Shown: one piece after another, positions 31,948 through 41,380 of the stretch
Numbering within the stretch: the first letter of the stretch is position 1
Layout of the letters: the number at the start of each line of letters is the position of its first letter
Assembly: GCA_034520945.1 (NCBI GenBank)
Contig: JAXHNB010000005.1
Span: 64,001 to 128,000 of the forward strand
Direction: 5' to 3'
DNA: 64,000 bases
Source: Trueperaceae bacterium
GTDB taxonomy: Bacteria; Deinococcota; Deinococci; Deinococcales; Trueperaceae
Translations under genes and position numbers: made by a program
The notes under the pieces: generated by a model
Seen by the model: only the letters and a program-made list of their open reading frames with translations
What the model was told of the DNA's origin: nothing
The model's database searches: none

Positions 31948-33180
31948 ATGCAGGCGACGTTGCGGCCCGAACGGATGGTGCATGGCGGGTACGCGCTGGC
32001 GCGGGACGCACGGGGACGCGTGGTGCTGATCGAAGGCGCGCTGCCGGGCGAAACCGTGGAGGTCGAGGTGGGCCGCCGCGCCGGCGTGGCGGCTGCGCGC
32101 GTCACGTCGGTGCTGGACGCCAGCCCCGATCGCATCGAGGCCCCTGCGCATCCCGGGCTCGACCTCGGCTTCGTCTCCTACCCGCGGCAATTGGCCCTGG
32201 GGGCGGAGGTGTTGCGCGACGCCGCCCGCCGCAGCGGCGTGGCGCTTCCGGACGTGGGGATCGCGGTGACGCCGTCGCCGCAGCCGTGGGGATACCGCAA
32301 CGTGGTGCAGCCCGCCGTGCAGGGCGGACGTCTGGGATACCGCCTGCCGCACAGCGACGACGTTCGGCTCCTGGACGAGGATCCCACCGCCACGCCCGCC
32401 GTGCGTACGGCCTGGGACCGGGTGGTCTCGGTCGGGCTCCCGTCCAGCGTGGCCGAAGTCGTGCTGCGCGGCAACGACGACGGCGAGGTGCTGGCTGCGC
32501 TTATCACGCGCGCGGCGCCCCGCAGCCTGGTGGACCTGGCGCACCGCCTGGTCGACGCCGGCCTCGCCGGGGTGGCGGCGGCCGCCTGGGATGCCCGCGG
32601 CCGCTTTCGTGCCGGCAAGTCCCGCCTGGCCGGCGCGCGGGCGATCCGGCAGCGCTACGGCCGACTGACGCTCACGCTCAGCGCCACGGCGTTCGCCCAA
32701 CCCAACCCGGCCGCCGCGGGGCTGATGCTGGAGGCGCTGGAGGAGATGGCGTCCGGCGGCGGGGTGGCGTACGAACTGTTCGCCGGTAGCGGGGTGATCG
32801 CCCTGCACCTGGCCGCGCGCTACCGGGAGCTCGTGGCCATCGAGATCGCCTCGGAAGGCGTGGCGCGGGGGCGGGCCGATGCGGCCCGGCTCGATATGGA
32901 CCACGTGCGCTTCGTGCGCGGTGATGCGCGCACGGCATACCTGTCGCGCGTCGACACGTTGGTGGTCGACCCGCCCCGCGCCGGCCTGGCGAAGCCGCTG
33001 CGGGCCGCGATCGACGCCTCCACCGCCCGCGAGCTGTTGTACGTGTCGTGCGATGTCGCGACCTGGGCGCGGGACGCTGCCGACTTCACGGCGCGCGGGT
33101 GGCGGCTCACCGAGGTGCGGGCGTTCGATTTTCAGCCGCACACGCACCATCTCGAGTTGGCCACGCGGTTCGAACGCTAG
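31948..33180 (+). CDS. TRAM-domain RNA (uracil-C5)-methyltransferase (RlmD/TrmA family)
   Basis: Motifs GALPGE, GYRN, AFAQPN, ELFAGSG, VVDPPRAGL, YVSCD (catalytic Cys), FDFQPHTHHLE. Confidence 0.88.
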   Translation: MQATLRPERMVHGGYALARDARGRVVLIEGALPGETVEVEVGRRAGVAAARVTSVLDASPDRIEAPAHPGLDLGFVSYPRQLALGAEVLRDAARRSGVALPDVGIAVTPSPQPWGYRNVVQPAVQGGRLGYRLPHSDDVRLLDEDPTATPAVRTAWDRVVSVGLPSSVAEVVLRGNDDGEVLAALITRAAPRSLVDLAHRLVDAGLAGVAAAAWDARGRFRAGKSRLAGARAIRQRYGRLTLTLSATAFAQPNPAAAGLMLEALEEMASGGGVAYELFAGSGVIALHLAARYRELVAIEIASEGVARGRADAARLDMDHVRFVRGDARTAYLSRVDTLVVDPPRAGLAKPLRAAIDASTARELLYVSCDVATWARDAADFTARGWRLTEVRAFDFQPHTHHLELATRFER

Positions 33181-33219
33181 GCCGGGCGCGGGTGGGCCCC
33201 CCGCGGTATCGTGGCGGCC

Positions 33220-34038
33220 GTGTTGGCCAAACGGATCATTCCCTGCCTCGACGTGCACGCCGGACGGGTGACGCGCGGGCAACAGTTCGGACGCGCGGAG
33301 GCGGGCGAGCTGGACGACGTCGGCGACCCGGTCGCGTTGGCGTTGCGCTACGACGCCCAGGAGGCGGACGAGTTGGTGCTGTACGACATCACCGCCACGG
33401 CAGAGGGGCGCGCGGCGATCCTCGACGTCGCCACCCGCGTGGCGGAGCGCTGCTTCATGCCGCTCACCATCGGCGGCGGGGTGCGGACGCTGGAGGACGT
33501 GCGCGCCTTGTTCCTGGCCGGGGCGGACAAGGTGTCGATCAACTCCGGGGCGGTGGCCGATCCGGAGCTGATCCGGCGGGCCTCCGACCACTTCGGCGCG
33601 CAAGCGGTGGTGCTGTCCATCGACGTGAAGCGGCGCGGCTCGGGGGACGGCTGGGACGTGTACGTCGCCGGCGGGCGCAAGGAGACGGGACTGGACGCGG
33701 TTGCCTGGGCCACGCGCGGGCAGGAACTGGGTGCCGGCGAGATCGTGCTGAACTCGATCGACGCCGACGGCATGAAGACCGGCTACGACCTGGGGGCGAC
33801 GCGGACGGTGGCCCGCGCGGTCGACCTGCCGGTGGTGGCCTCGGGCGGCGCAGGTCACAGTGATCACCTGCGCGACGTGCTGCAGCTCGGCGAGGCGGAC
33901 GCCGCGCTGGCGGCCGGCATCTTCCACCGCGGCGAGACGACGGTCGGCGACGTCAAGCGGCGCCTGGCCGCCACCGGCGTGCCGGTCCGGCTGGACGCGC
34001 TGGATCACCTCGACGCGAAGGGAGCACCGACGGCATGA
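33220..34038 (+). CDS. hisF: Imidazole glycerol phosphate synthase cyclase subunit
   Basis: Motifs [62 protein letters not shown] 7 nt after TATCGT. Confidence 0.96.
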   Translation: MLAKRIIPCLDVHAGRVTRGQQFGRAEAGELDDVGDPVALALRYDAQEADELVLYDITATAEGRAAILDVATRVAERCFMPLTIGGGVRTLEDVRALFLAGADKVSINSGAVADPELIRRASDHFGAQAVVLSIDVKRRGSGDGWDVYVAGGRKETGLDAVAWATRGQELGAGEIVLNSIDADGMKTGYDLGATRTVARAVDLPVVASGGAGHSDHLRDVLQLGEADAALAAGIFHRGETTVGDVKRRLAATGVPVRLDALDHLDAKGAPTA

Positions 34039-35195
34039 GCGACGACGCGCCTGAGACGCTGCACCCCGAGACGCTGGCCGTCCACGGCGGCCAGCGGCCC
34101 GACCCCGCCACCGGCGCCGTCGTGCCGCCCATTCATCCTGCGACGACCTTCGTCCGCAATGATGACGGCCAGCCGCGGGCCGGCTGGACGTACGCACGCA
34201 GCGGCAACCCCACCCGTGAGGCGCTGGAGGCGGCGTTGACGGCGCTGCAACCCGGCGCCGGCGCGTGCGCGGCGTTCGCGTCCGGCTCGGCGGCCGCAGC
34301 GGCGGTGATGCGGATCGTCGAGCCGGGCGGGCACGTGCTGCTGCCCCTCGACATGTACCACGGCATTCGGACGCTGCTGCAAGGGGAACACCGCCGCTGG
34401 GGCCTGACGGTCGCCTTCGTCGACATGGCGGACGCAGGCGCCGTCCAGGAGGCCCTCACGGACGGCGCCTCGCTGGTATGGATCGAGACGCCGTCCAACC
34501 CTCGCCTGCTGCTGACCGACGTGCGCGCGGTGGCCGAGGCGGCGCACGCGGCCGGCGCCCGGGTGGCGGTCGACGCCACCTGGACGCCGCCGCCGCTGCA
34601 GGACCCGTTCGCCCTGAACGCCGACCTGGTGGTCCATGCCACCACCAAGTACCTGGCCGGCCACAGCGACGTGGTGGGGGGTGCCGTGCTGGCCCGGTCC
34701 GAAGAGGACGCCGCCTTCGCGCGGGTGCGCTGGCTGCAGCGGCACGAGGGCGCGGTGCCGTCGCCGTTCGACGCCTGGTTGACGCTGCGGGGGCTCCGGA
34801 CGCTGGCGTTGCGCATGCGCGCGGCCTGCGCGGGCGCGGAACGCATCGCGGCCTTCCTGGCGGAGCACGACGCGGTGCTGGAGGTGCACCACCCCAGCCT
34901 GGCCACCCACCCGCAACACGAGCTGGCGCGCGCGCAGATGACGTCGTTCGGGGCGATGCTCAGCGTGCGGGTGCGGGGTGGCGCCGAGGCGGCGGCGCGC
35001 GTCGCGTCGGCCACCCGTTTGTTCACGCGCGCCACCAGCCTGGGCGGGGTGGAGAGCCTGATCGAGCACCGCGCGCCCGTGGAGGGGCCGGACACCGCCA
35101 CGCCGCCCGACCTGCTCCGCATCTCGGTCGGGATCGAGCATCCCGACGACCTGATCCGCGACCTGGCGCGGGCGCTCGGGCGCGTGGACGGGTAG
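34035..35195 (+). CDS. Cystathionine gamma-synthase/lyase family PLP enzyme
   Basis: Motifs [31 protein letters not shown] (PLP Lys), [17 protein letters not shown]. Confidence 0.9.
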   Translation: MSDDAPETLHPETLAVHGGQRPDPATGAVVPPIHPATTFVRNDDGQPRAGWTYARSGNPTREALEAALTALQPGAGACAAFASGSAAAAAVMRIVEPGGHVLLPLDMYHGIRTLLQGEHRRWGLTVAFVDMADAGAVQEALTDGASLVWIETPSNPRLLLTDVRAVAEAAHAAGARVAVDATWTPPPLQDPFALNADLVVHATTKYLAGHSDVVGGAVLARSEEDAAFARVRWLQRHEGAVPSPFDAWLTLRGLRTLALRMRAACAGAERIAAFLAEHDAVLEVHHPSLATHPQHELARAQMTSFGAMLSVRVRGGAEAAARVASATRLFTRATSLGGVESLIEHRAPVEGPDTATPPDLLRISVGIEHPDDLIRDLARALGRVDG

Positions 35196-35205
35196 ACTCG
35201 GCCCC

Positions 35206-35856
35206 ATGCAGCCGTCTGGCAGCTCGTTTTCGATCGACGACGTCGCCTTCGGGCCGGAGGGCCTGGTGGCGGTGGTGGCGCAGGACGCCGATTCGGGCGA
35301 GGTGCTGATGCTGGCGTGGGCCGACCGCGAGGCGCTCGAGGCCACGCTCCGCACCCGCGACGCGCACTACCACAGCCGCTCGCGGGACGCGCTGTGGCGC
35401 AAGGGCGCCACCAGCGGGCACGTTCAGCGCGTCCAGGAGGTCCGCTTGGACTGCGACGGCGATGCCGTGCTGTACCGGGTGCACCAGCATGGCCCCGCCT
35501 GCCATACCGGCGCGAGGAGCTGCTTTCACCGCCCCATGGCCGGCGACGACGCGCCCACGCTGGGTGACGCCTTCGGGCTGCTGCAGCGCGTCGTCGACGA
35601 GCGCCTGCGCGAGCTGCCGGACGGGTCGTACGTCACGCGCTTGCACCGGCGCGGGCCGGGCTACGTGGCCCAGAAGGTGATCGAGGAGGCCGGCGAGACG
35701 GTCGTTGCGGCCCTGCAGCAGGAGGACGACGCGCTACGTGACGAGGCGGCCGACCTGTTGTTCCACCTCGCGGTGCTTCTGCGCGAGCGTGGCGCGTCGC
35801 TGGCCGACGTCGCGGCGGTCCTGGTGGACCGGCACCGCGTCCGCACCGAAGGCTGA
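35206..35856 (+). CDS. hisIE: Bifunctional phosphoribosyl-AMP cyclohydrolase/phosphoribosyl-ATP pyrophosphatase
   Basis: Motifs [47 protein letters not shown]. Confidence 0.95.
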   Translation: MQPSGSSFSIDDVAFGPEGLVAVVAQDADSGEVLMLAWADREALEATLRTRDAHYHSRSRDALWRKGATSGHVQRVQEVRLDCDGDAVLYRVHQHGPACHTGARSCFHRPMAGDDAPTLGDAFGLLQRVVDERLRELPDGSYVTRLHRRGPGYVAQKVIEEAGETVVAALQQEDDALRDEAADLLFHLAVLLRERGASLADVAAVLVDRHRVRTEG

Positions 35857-35915
35857 GCCCCGCACGGGTCGGTACAACGCCCGCGCCGGCGGGCCGTTGC
35901 GGCATGGTGGGGACC

Positions 35916-36983
35916 ATGGACGACGCCTCGAACCGATCCGCCCGTGAGCAAGGATCCGCGCCGTCGCATCGCGCGACGGGGCCCGCCGAGCCGGACGCGG
36001 CCCGCACCGAGATGGAGCGGGCCCTGGTCCTCGACACGGTCCGCGTCACCGAGCAGGCCGCCATCGCCGCCAGCCGCGTCGCCGGCATGGGCGACGAGGA
36101 CCGGGTGGACCGGGCCGGCACCGAGGCCATGCGGCGCGTCCTGAACGAGTTGGACATCGACGGCGAGATCGTGATCGGCGAGGGGGAGCGCGACGAGGCG
36201 CCGATGTTGTTCACCAACGAACGGGTCGGCCGAGCGGGCCAAGGCGCCTGGCCGGTCGACATCGCCGTCGACCCGGTCGAGGGCACCGGCATCACCGCCC
36301 GCATGGTGAACGGTTCGGTGGCGGTGATCGCGCTGGCGGAGCGGGGCGGGTTGTTGCGCGCGCCCGACATCTACATGGACAAGGTGGTCGTTGGCCCGCC
36401 GGCGGCGGGGCGCGTCGATCTGGCGCGCCCCGTGGCGGACAACCTGGCCGCCGTCGCGGACGGCCTGGGGCGGCAGGTGCGCGACCTTACGGTGGTGATC
36501 CTGGACCGGCCCCGCCACGCCGAGTTGACCCAAGAGGTCCGCGAAGCGGGCGCGCGCGTCAAGCTGATCGGGGACGGCGACGTGATCACCGCGCTGGCGG
36601 CCGCGATCCGGGGCACCAGCGTGCACGCCGTGATGGGGACGGGTGGGGCGCCCGAGGGCGTGCTGGCGGCCGCCGCGTTGCGCTGCCTGGGGGGTGAGAT
36701 CCAGGGCCGTTTCGCGCCGCGCAACGACGACGAGCGCGGCCGGCTCCGGGCGGCCGGGGTGGAGGAGGGCCGCATCTACCACACGGACGAGCTGGCTCCG
36801 GGGACGCAGCTGGTGTTCAGCGCCACCGGCATCACGGACGGCGATCTGCTGCGGGGCGTGAAGTTCTTTCAGGACGGGGCCCGGACGCACTCGGTCGCGA
36901 TGGGGTTGCGCAGTCGCGTGATCCGTTTCTCGGACGCCGTGCACCTGCTGGAACCCGGGGCGCGGGTCAGCATCCAGTTGTAG
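35916..36983 (+). CDS. glpX: Class II fructose-1,6-bisphosphatase
   Basis: Motifs [57 protein letters not shown]. Alternative starts at 35904 or 36012. Confidence 0.93.
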   Translation: MDDASNRSAREQGSAPSHRATGPAEPDAARTEMERALVLDTVRVTEQAAIAASRVAGMGDEDRVDRAGTEAMRRVLNELDIDGEIVIGEGERDEAPMLFTNERVGRAGQGAWPVDIAVDPVEGTGITARMVNGSVAVIALAERGGLLRAPDIYMDKVVVGPPAAGRVDLARPVADNLAAVADGLGRQVRDLTVVILDRPRHAELTQEVREAGARVKLIGDGDVITALAAAIRGTSVHAVMGTGGAPEGVLAAAALRCLGGEIQGRFAPRNDDERGRLRAAGVEEGRIYHTDELAPGTQLVFSATGITDGDLLRGVKFFQDGARTHSVAMGLRSRVIRFSDAVHLLEPGARVSIQL

Positions 36984-37023
36984 GACGTCGGGTCGCCGTG
37001 CCCGTGCGCCTGGGGCGCGGCGC

Positions 37024-38187
37024 TCAGCGCACGAACAGGTCGCGCGGGAAGTCGGTGATGCGCTCGCCCCCCTCGGCGGTGACGCGGATGGTTTCGGTGC
37101 ACCCGATCCCCCCCTTGCCCGGCATCTGGACCCAGGGCAGAAGGTGAAACGTCATGTTCTCCTGCAGGGGACGGGTCTCGCCGGGCTTCATGCTGAGGAT
37201 CTGCCCCTCGCCCCAGTCGGGCGGGACGGCGATGCCGACGGAGTAGGCCACCCGCGACGCCTGCATGCCGCCGAAGCCGAACTCGGCGATCACCTGACGC
37301 GCGCGGTGGTCGACGTCGCCGGCGGGGACGCCCGGCGCGACCGTGGCCAGGGCGGCGTCGAAGGCCGCCTGGACGGCTTCGAACGCGTGGCGGGCGGCCG
37401 GGTCGGGATCGCCGATCATCACGGTGCGCATCATGGGGGCGTGGTAGCGGCTGCGGCAGCCGGAGATCTCGAGGAACAGGGTGTCCTGGGCTTCCAGGCG
37501 GCGTCCGGACCAGGTGGCATGGCCGATGGCGCCCCGCTCGCCGGAGGCGACGAACGGCACGATGGAGGGCCACTCGCTCCCGGCGCGGATCATGGCGGAC
37601 ATCACCTCCGCCGCCACGTCGTTCTCGGTGCTGCCGGCCCGGGCCGCGTCGACGCCGGCCTGCATGCCGGCCTCGGTGGTGCGTGCCGCGGCGCGGATGC
37701 GCTCGATCTCCAGGGGCGACTTGACGAGGCGGCCGGCCTCGACCAGCCCGGAGCCGTCGATCCAGTCGACCTCGGGGAGCAAGGAGAACAGGCGGTCCTG
37801 CTGGGCTGCCGTGAAGAACCAGCCGTCGCGTTCGTACCCGATCCGGCCCCGGTCGAGCCCCATGGCGGTCAGCTCGCCGACGAGGATCTTCATCGGATCC
37901 TGGTCGTCGCGGTAGCCGACGTTGTGCTCCGGCTCGATCCAGCTGAGGGCGTCCATGCCGCTGATCTCGAGCAGGCGCGACACCGCGGTGGGCTCGCCGT
38001 ACAGCGGCACGATCAGGCCCTGCCACCAGTAGTGCCCCGGGCTCTCGAAACCGGTGAGGTAGGTGATGTTCTCGGGCGTGGTGGTGATCATGGCAATGAC
38101 GCCGACGTCGTCCATGCGCTCGCGCAAGGCGCCTAAGCGAGCCTGGTACTCGCGGGTGGGGAAGGGAAGCCTGTCGTGGTCTCGCAT
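37024..38187 (-). CDS. Divergent ectoine hydrolase-like M24-fold enzyme (EutD/DoeA-like)
   Basis: Motifs LPF..EY..RL, H.TW, EI.G...RYHAP..RT, PPDWGE, MTFH, FPR.LFV as in DoeA/EutD. The standard M24 metal ligands are absent. Transcribed divergently from the ehu/eut operon. Confidence 0.75.
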   Translation of the reverse strand: MRDHDRLPFPTREYQARLGALRERMDDVGVIAMITTTPENITYLTGFESPGHYWWQGLIVPLYGEPTAVSRLLEISGMDALSWIEPEHNVGYRDDQDPMKILVGELTAMGLDRGRIGYERDGWFFTAAQQDRLFSLLPEVDWIDGSGLVEAGRLVKSPLEIERIRAAARTTEAGMQAGVDAARAGSTENDVAAEVMSAMIRAGSEWPSIVPFVASGERGAIGHATWSGRRLEAQDTLFLEISGCRSRYHAPMMRTVMIGDPDPAARHAFEAVQAAFDAALATVAPGVPAGDVDHRARQVIAEFGFGGMQASRVAYSVGIAVPPDWGEGQILSMKPGETRPLQENMTFHLLPWVQMPGKGGIGCTETIRVTAEGGERITDFPRDLFVR

Positions 38188-38235
38188 GTATGGACTCCCG
38201 TTCGCGGCGGTGCCGAACGTGGTCGGCGCGGCTGG

Positions 38236-38264
38236 TTGACAGGGGCGAGGCGTCCCCGTAGACT
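38236..38264 (+). promoter_or_regulatory. Sigma70-type promoter for the gntR-ehu operon
   Basis: TTGACA (38236-38241), 17-nt spacer, TAGACT (38259-38264). Confidence 0.75.
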
Positions 38265-38281
38265 TCGCACAGGTACGCAAC

Positions 38282-38291
38282 TTGTATACAA
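38282..38291. promoter_or_regulatory. Putative GntR-family operator
   Basis: Perfect palindrome TTGTATACAA matching the GntR TnGT-N-ACnA pattern, in an AT-rich island next to the gntR gene. Confidence 0.7.
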
Positions 38292-38307
38292 CCCCAATAC
38301 GGGTTGC

Positions 38308-38337
38308 ATTCTAAGTCGCCCGCCGCGCGCGGGTCAA
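38308..38337 (-). promoter_or_regulatory. Sigma70-type promoter for the eutD-like gene
   Basis: On the minus strand: TTGACC (38337-38332), 18-nt spacer, TAGAAT (38313-38308). Confidence 0.65.
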
Positions 38338-38395
38338 TCGTTCACGCCGGCGTGGCCACAACGCACGCCTACGCGCCTCCCTCGAAAGGAGCTCC

Positions 38396-39070
38396 GTGCC
38401 AGAAGGCCGAGACGTGGGCTCGATCTACCGGCTGCTACGCGAGCGGATCGCGTTGCTCGACTACCCGCCGGGCACCCTCCTGAGCGAGAACCGTCTGGCG
38501 CGCGAATTCGGCGTCAGCCGTACCCCCATCCGGCGCGTGCTGCACCGGTTGGAGTTCGACGGGCTGGTCAGCGTCGAGCGGGGCGTCGGCACGCTGGTGA
38601 CGTCGGTCGACGTGCGCTACCTGAAGCAGGTGTACGATCTCAGGTTGGCGCTGACCCACGTGATCGCCGAGCTGGACCCGTCGTTGGTGTCGCAGGACGA
38701 GATCGAACGGCTGCGCCAGCTGCTGACCTCGACCCGGACGCTGGCCGGCACGGGCGACGCCTCCGGCCTGGCCCGCGCGTATCTGTACTTCAACGAGACC
38801 GTCACGCGGGCGATCGGCAACGAGCCGCTGCGCGAGATCGCCGACCGGCTGTTCTACCTCACCCAACGGACCTGGTTGGAGGCGCTGCCCGCCTTGGACT
38901 GGGACCACGAGGTCGAGACCGTCTGCAACGAGATCGAGGCCACCGCCGACGCGCTCGAACAGGGCGACATGCGCGCCGTCGCCGACGTGCGCCGGCACTA
39001 CATGATCGACTGCATCCATCGCGTCGGCACGTACCTTGGTACGTTCGACGCCACGAGCGAACCGTCATGA
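38396..39070 (+). CDS. GntR family transcriptional regulator (wHTH plus FCD-like domain)
   Basis: IY..LRERI....YPPG..LSE..LA.EFGVSRTPIR.VL.RLE.DGLV....GVGTLV. Confidence 0.92.
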   Translation: MPEGRDVGSIYRLLRERIALLDYPPGTLLSENRLAREFGVSRTPIRRVLHRLEFDGLVSVERGVGTLVTSVDVRYLKQVYDLRLALTHVIAELDPSLVSQDEIERLRQLLTSTRTLAGTGDASGLARAYLYFNETVTRAIGNEPLREIADRLFYLTQRTWLEALPALDWDHEVETVCNEIEATADALEQGDMRAVADVRRHYMIDCIHRVGTYLGTFDATSEPS

Positions 39071-39122
39071 ACCGCCCGTCCACACCCCGATGGGGACCGG
39101 ACGCGGCCAAAGGAGGAACGAC

Positions 39123-40334
39123 GTGAACGAACGAGATCGGATCGGAACGGCGACGCGCGCCGTGTGGGGCGGCGAGGAGGTCGCCCGCGCGGGTGGGGCG
39201 ACCCAGGTGCCGGTGGTGCACAGCGTGTCGTTCGGCTACGACGACCTGGAGCACTGGCGCGACGTCGCCCTGGAGCGCACCGAGGGCCATATCTACAGCC
39301 GCAACACCAACCCCACCGTTGCGGTGTTCGAGGAGAAGATCCGGCTCCTGGAGGGGGCCGAGGCCGCCACCAGCTTCGCCACCGGGATGGCGGCGATCAG
39401 CAACACGCTGTTCACGCTGCTGGCCCCCGGCGACCGCGTCGTGTCGGTCAAGGACACCTACGGCGGCACCAGCCGACTGTTCCTGGACTGGGTGCCCAAG
39501 TTCGGCATCGACGTCGCACTGTGCGACACCGGCGACACCGAGGCCCTGCTACGCGAGATCGACGCGGGGTGCACCGTGCTGTACCTCGAGACCCCCACCA
39601 ACCCGACCTGCAAGATCCTGGACATCCGGCGCTTGGCGCAGCGGGCCAAGGACCGTGGCGCCACGGTGGTGGTCGACAACACCTTCGCCACCCCCGTCAA
39701 TCAGAACCCCCTGGCGTTGGGCGCCGACCTGGTGATCCACAGCGCGACGAAGTACCTCGGCGGCCACGCCGATGCCCTCGGCGGCGCCGTGTGCGGCGAT
39801 CAGGAACTCGTGATGCGCATCTTTCGCTTCCGCGAGGTGAACGGCGCCACGCTGCACCCCGAGGCCGCCTACCTGCTGCTGCGCGGCATGAAGACGCTCG
39901 ACCTGCGCATCGAGCGCCAGAACCACAACGCGATGGAGATCGCCCGGCACTTGGACGGGCACGACTTCGTGGAGCGGGTGTTCTACCCCGGCCTGCCCGC
40001 GCACCCCGGGCACGACGTCGCCCGCGGCCAGATGCGGGGCTTTGGCGGCATGCTGTCGTTTCAGCTGCCCGGCGACTTCGACACCGTCCGTACCTTCCTC
40101 CCCCGCCTCCGCTTCGCGCACCGCGCTGCCAACCTCGGCGCGGTCGAGACGGTGGTGGCACCGCCCCGCACCGGCAGCCACGTCGAGCTGACCGAAGAGG
40201 AGCGCGCCTCGCTGGGCATCCCCGAGACGCTGGTCCGCTACTCCGCCGGCATCGAGGACGTGAACGATCTGATCGGCGATCTCGACCAGGCGCTGGCCCA
40301 CGCCGCCGAGCGGCACCCCAGGCCCACGTCATGA
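39123..40334 (+). CDS. Cystathionine gamma-synthase family PLP enzyme (ectoine cluster)
   Basis: Motifs IYSRNTNPT, FATGMAAI, YGG, LETPTNP, VDNTFATP, HSATKYLGGHAD (PLP Lys), NLGAVET; SD AAGGAGG. Confidence 0.9.
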   Translation: MNERDRIGTATRAVWGGEEVARAGGATQVPVVHSVSFGYDDLEHWRDVALERTEGHIYSRNTNPTVAVFEEKIRLLEGAEAATSFATGMAAISNTLFTLLAPGDRVVSVKDTYGGTSRLFLDWVPKFGIDVALCDTGDTEALLREIDAGCTVLYLETPTNPTCKILDIRRLAQRAKDRGATVVVDNTFATPVNQNPLALGADLVIHSATKYLGGHADALGGAVCGDQELVMRIFRFREVNGATLHPEAAYLLLRGMKTLDLRIERQNHNAMEIARHLDGHDFVERVFYPGLPAHPGHDVARGQMRGFGGMLSFQLPGDFDTVRTFLPRLRFAHRAANLGAVETVVAPPRTGSHVELTEEERASLGIPETLVRYSAGIEDVNDLIGDLDQALAHAAERHPRPTS

Positions 40335-41380
40335 ACCTCTTCCGCGTCGCACTGGTCGGCTTCGGCACCGTCGGGCAGGGTTTTGCGCGGATCCTGCGGG
40401 ACCATGGCGAGGCCCTGCGCAGCCGTCACGGACTGAATGTTCGCATCACCGCGGTGTCCGACGTACGTCGCGGCAGCCTGCACGATCCCGAAGGCTTGGA
40501 TCTGGACGCCCTGCTGGCCGCGGTCGAGGCGGGCGGCACGCTGGCGGGCGTGTCCGCACGCGACCGCGACTGGGACGCGCTCACCACCATTCAGGGCGCC
40601 GAGGCCGACGTGATGGCCGAGCTGGCCTTCACCGACCTCGACAGCGGCGAACCGGCCCTCACGCACGTGCGTGCCGCCCTGACGCGCGGCCTGCACGTGA
40701 TCACCACCAACAAGGGACCGATCGCGCTGGCCTACCCGGAGCTGGCCGACCTGGCGCGGCGCCACGGCGTCCGCCTCGAGAGCGAAGGCACCGTGATGAG
40801 CGGTACGCCCGCCCTGCACCTCGGCACCGAACTCCTCGCCGTCGCCAACGTCACCCGCATCGAAGGGGTCCTGAACGGCACCAGCAACTACGTACTGACG
40901 CGCATGGAGGCCGGCCTCGACTTCGCCGCCGCGCTCGGGGAAGCGCAGGCGAAGGGGTACGCCGAAGCGGATCCCAGCGGCGACGTGGACGGGATCGACG
41001 CGGCGGGCAAGGTGGTGATCCTCGCCAACCGCGTGATGGGGGCCGAGCTGCGCATGGCCGACGTCCCCCGCGAGGGCATTCGCGCGCTCACCCCCGAACG
41101 GGTCGCCGAGGCGGCCGAGGTTCATGAACGCTGGAAGCTGCTCGGGAGGGTCCGGCGCGACGCGGACGGCAGCGTGCGCGCCGACGTCGCCCCGCGCCGC
41201 CTGTCCGCCACGCATCCCCTGGCCAGCGTCTCAGGCGCCAGCAACGCCGTGACCTTCACCACCGACCTGCTGGGCGACGTGACGCTGGTCGGCCCGGGCG
41301 CGGGCCGGCTCGAGACCGGCTACGCCCTGATCGAGGACCTGCTGGCGCTCCAGCGGCACCATGGAGGGACGCGGGCATGA
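40331..41380 (+). CDS. Homoserine dehydrogenase (no ACT domain)
   Basis: Motifs GFGTVG, HVITTNKGP, EGTVMSGTP, GVLNGTSNY, GYAEADPSGDVDGIDAAGK, GPGAG..TG. ATGA overlaps at both ends. Confidence 0.92.
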   Translation: MNLFRVALVGFGTVGQGFARILRDHGEALRSRHGLNVRITAVSDVRRGSLHDPEGLDLDALLAAVEAGGTLAGVSARDRDWDALTTIQGAEADVMAELAFTDLDSGEPALTHVRAALTRGLHVITTNKGPIALAYPELADLARRHGVRLESEGTVMSGTPALHLGTELLAVANVTRIEGVLNGTSNYVLTRMEAGLDFAAALGEAQAKGYAEADPSGDVDGIDAAGKVVILANRVMGAELRMADVPREGIRALTPERVAEAAEVHERWKLLGRVRRDADGSVRADVAPRRLSATHPLASVSGASNAVTFTTDLLGDVTLVGPGAGRLETGYALIEDLLALQRHHGGTRA

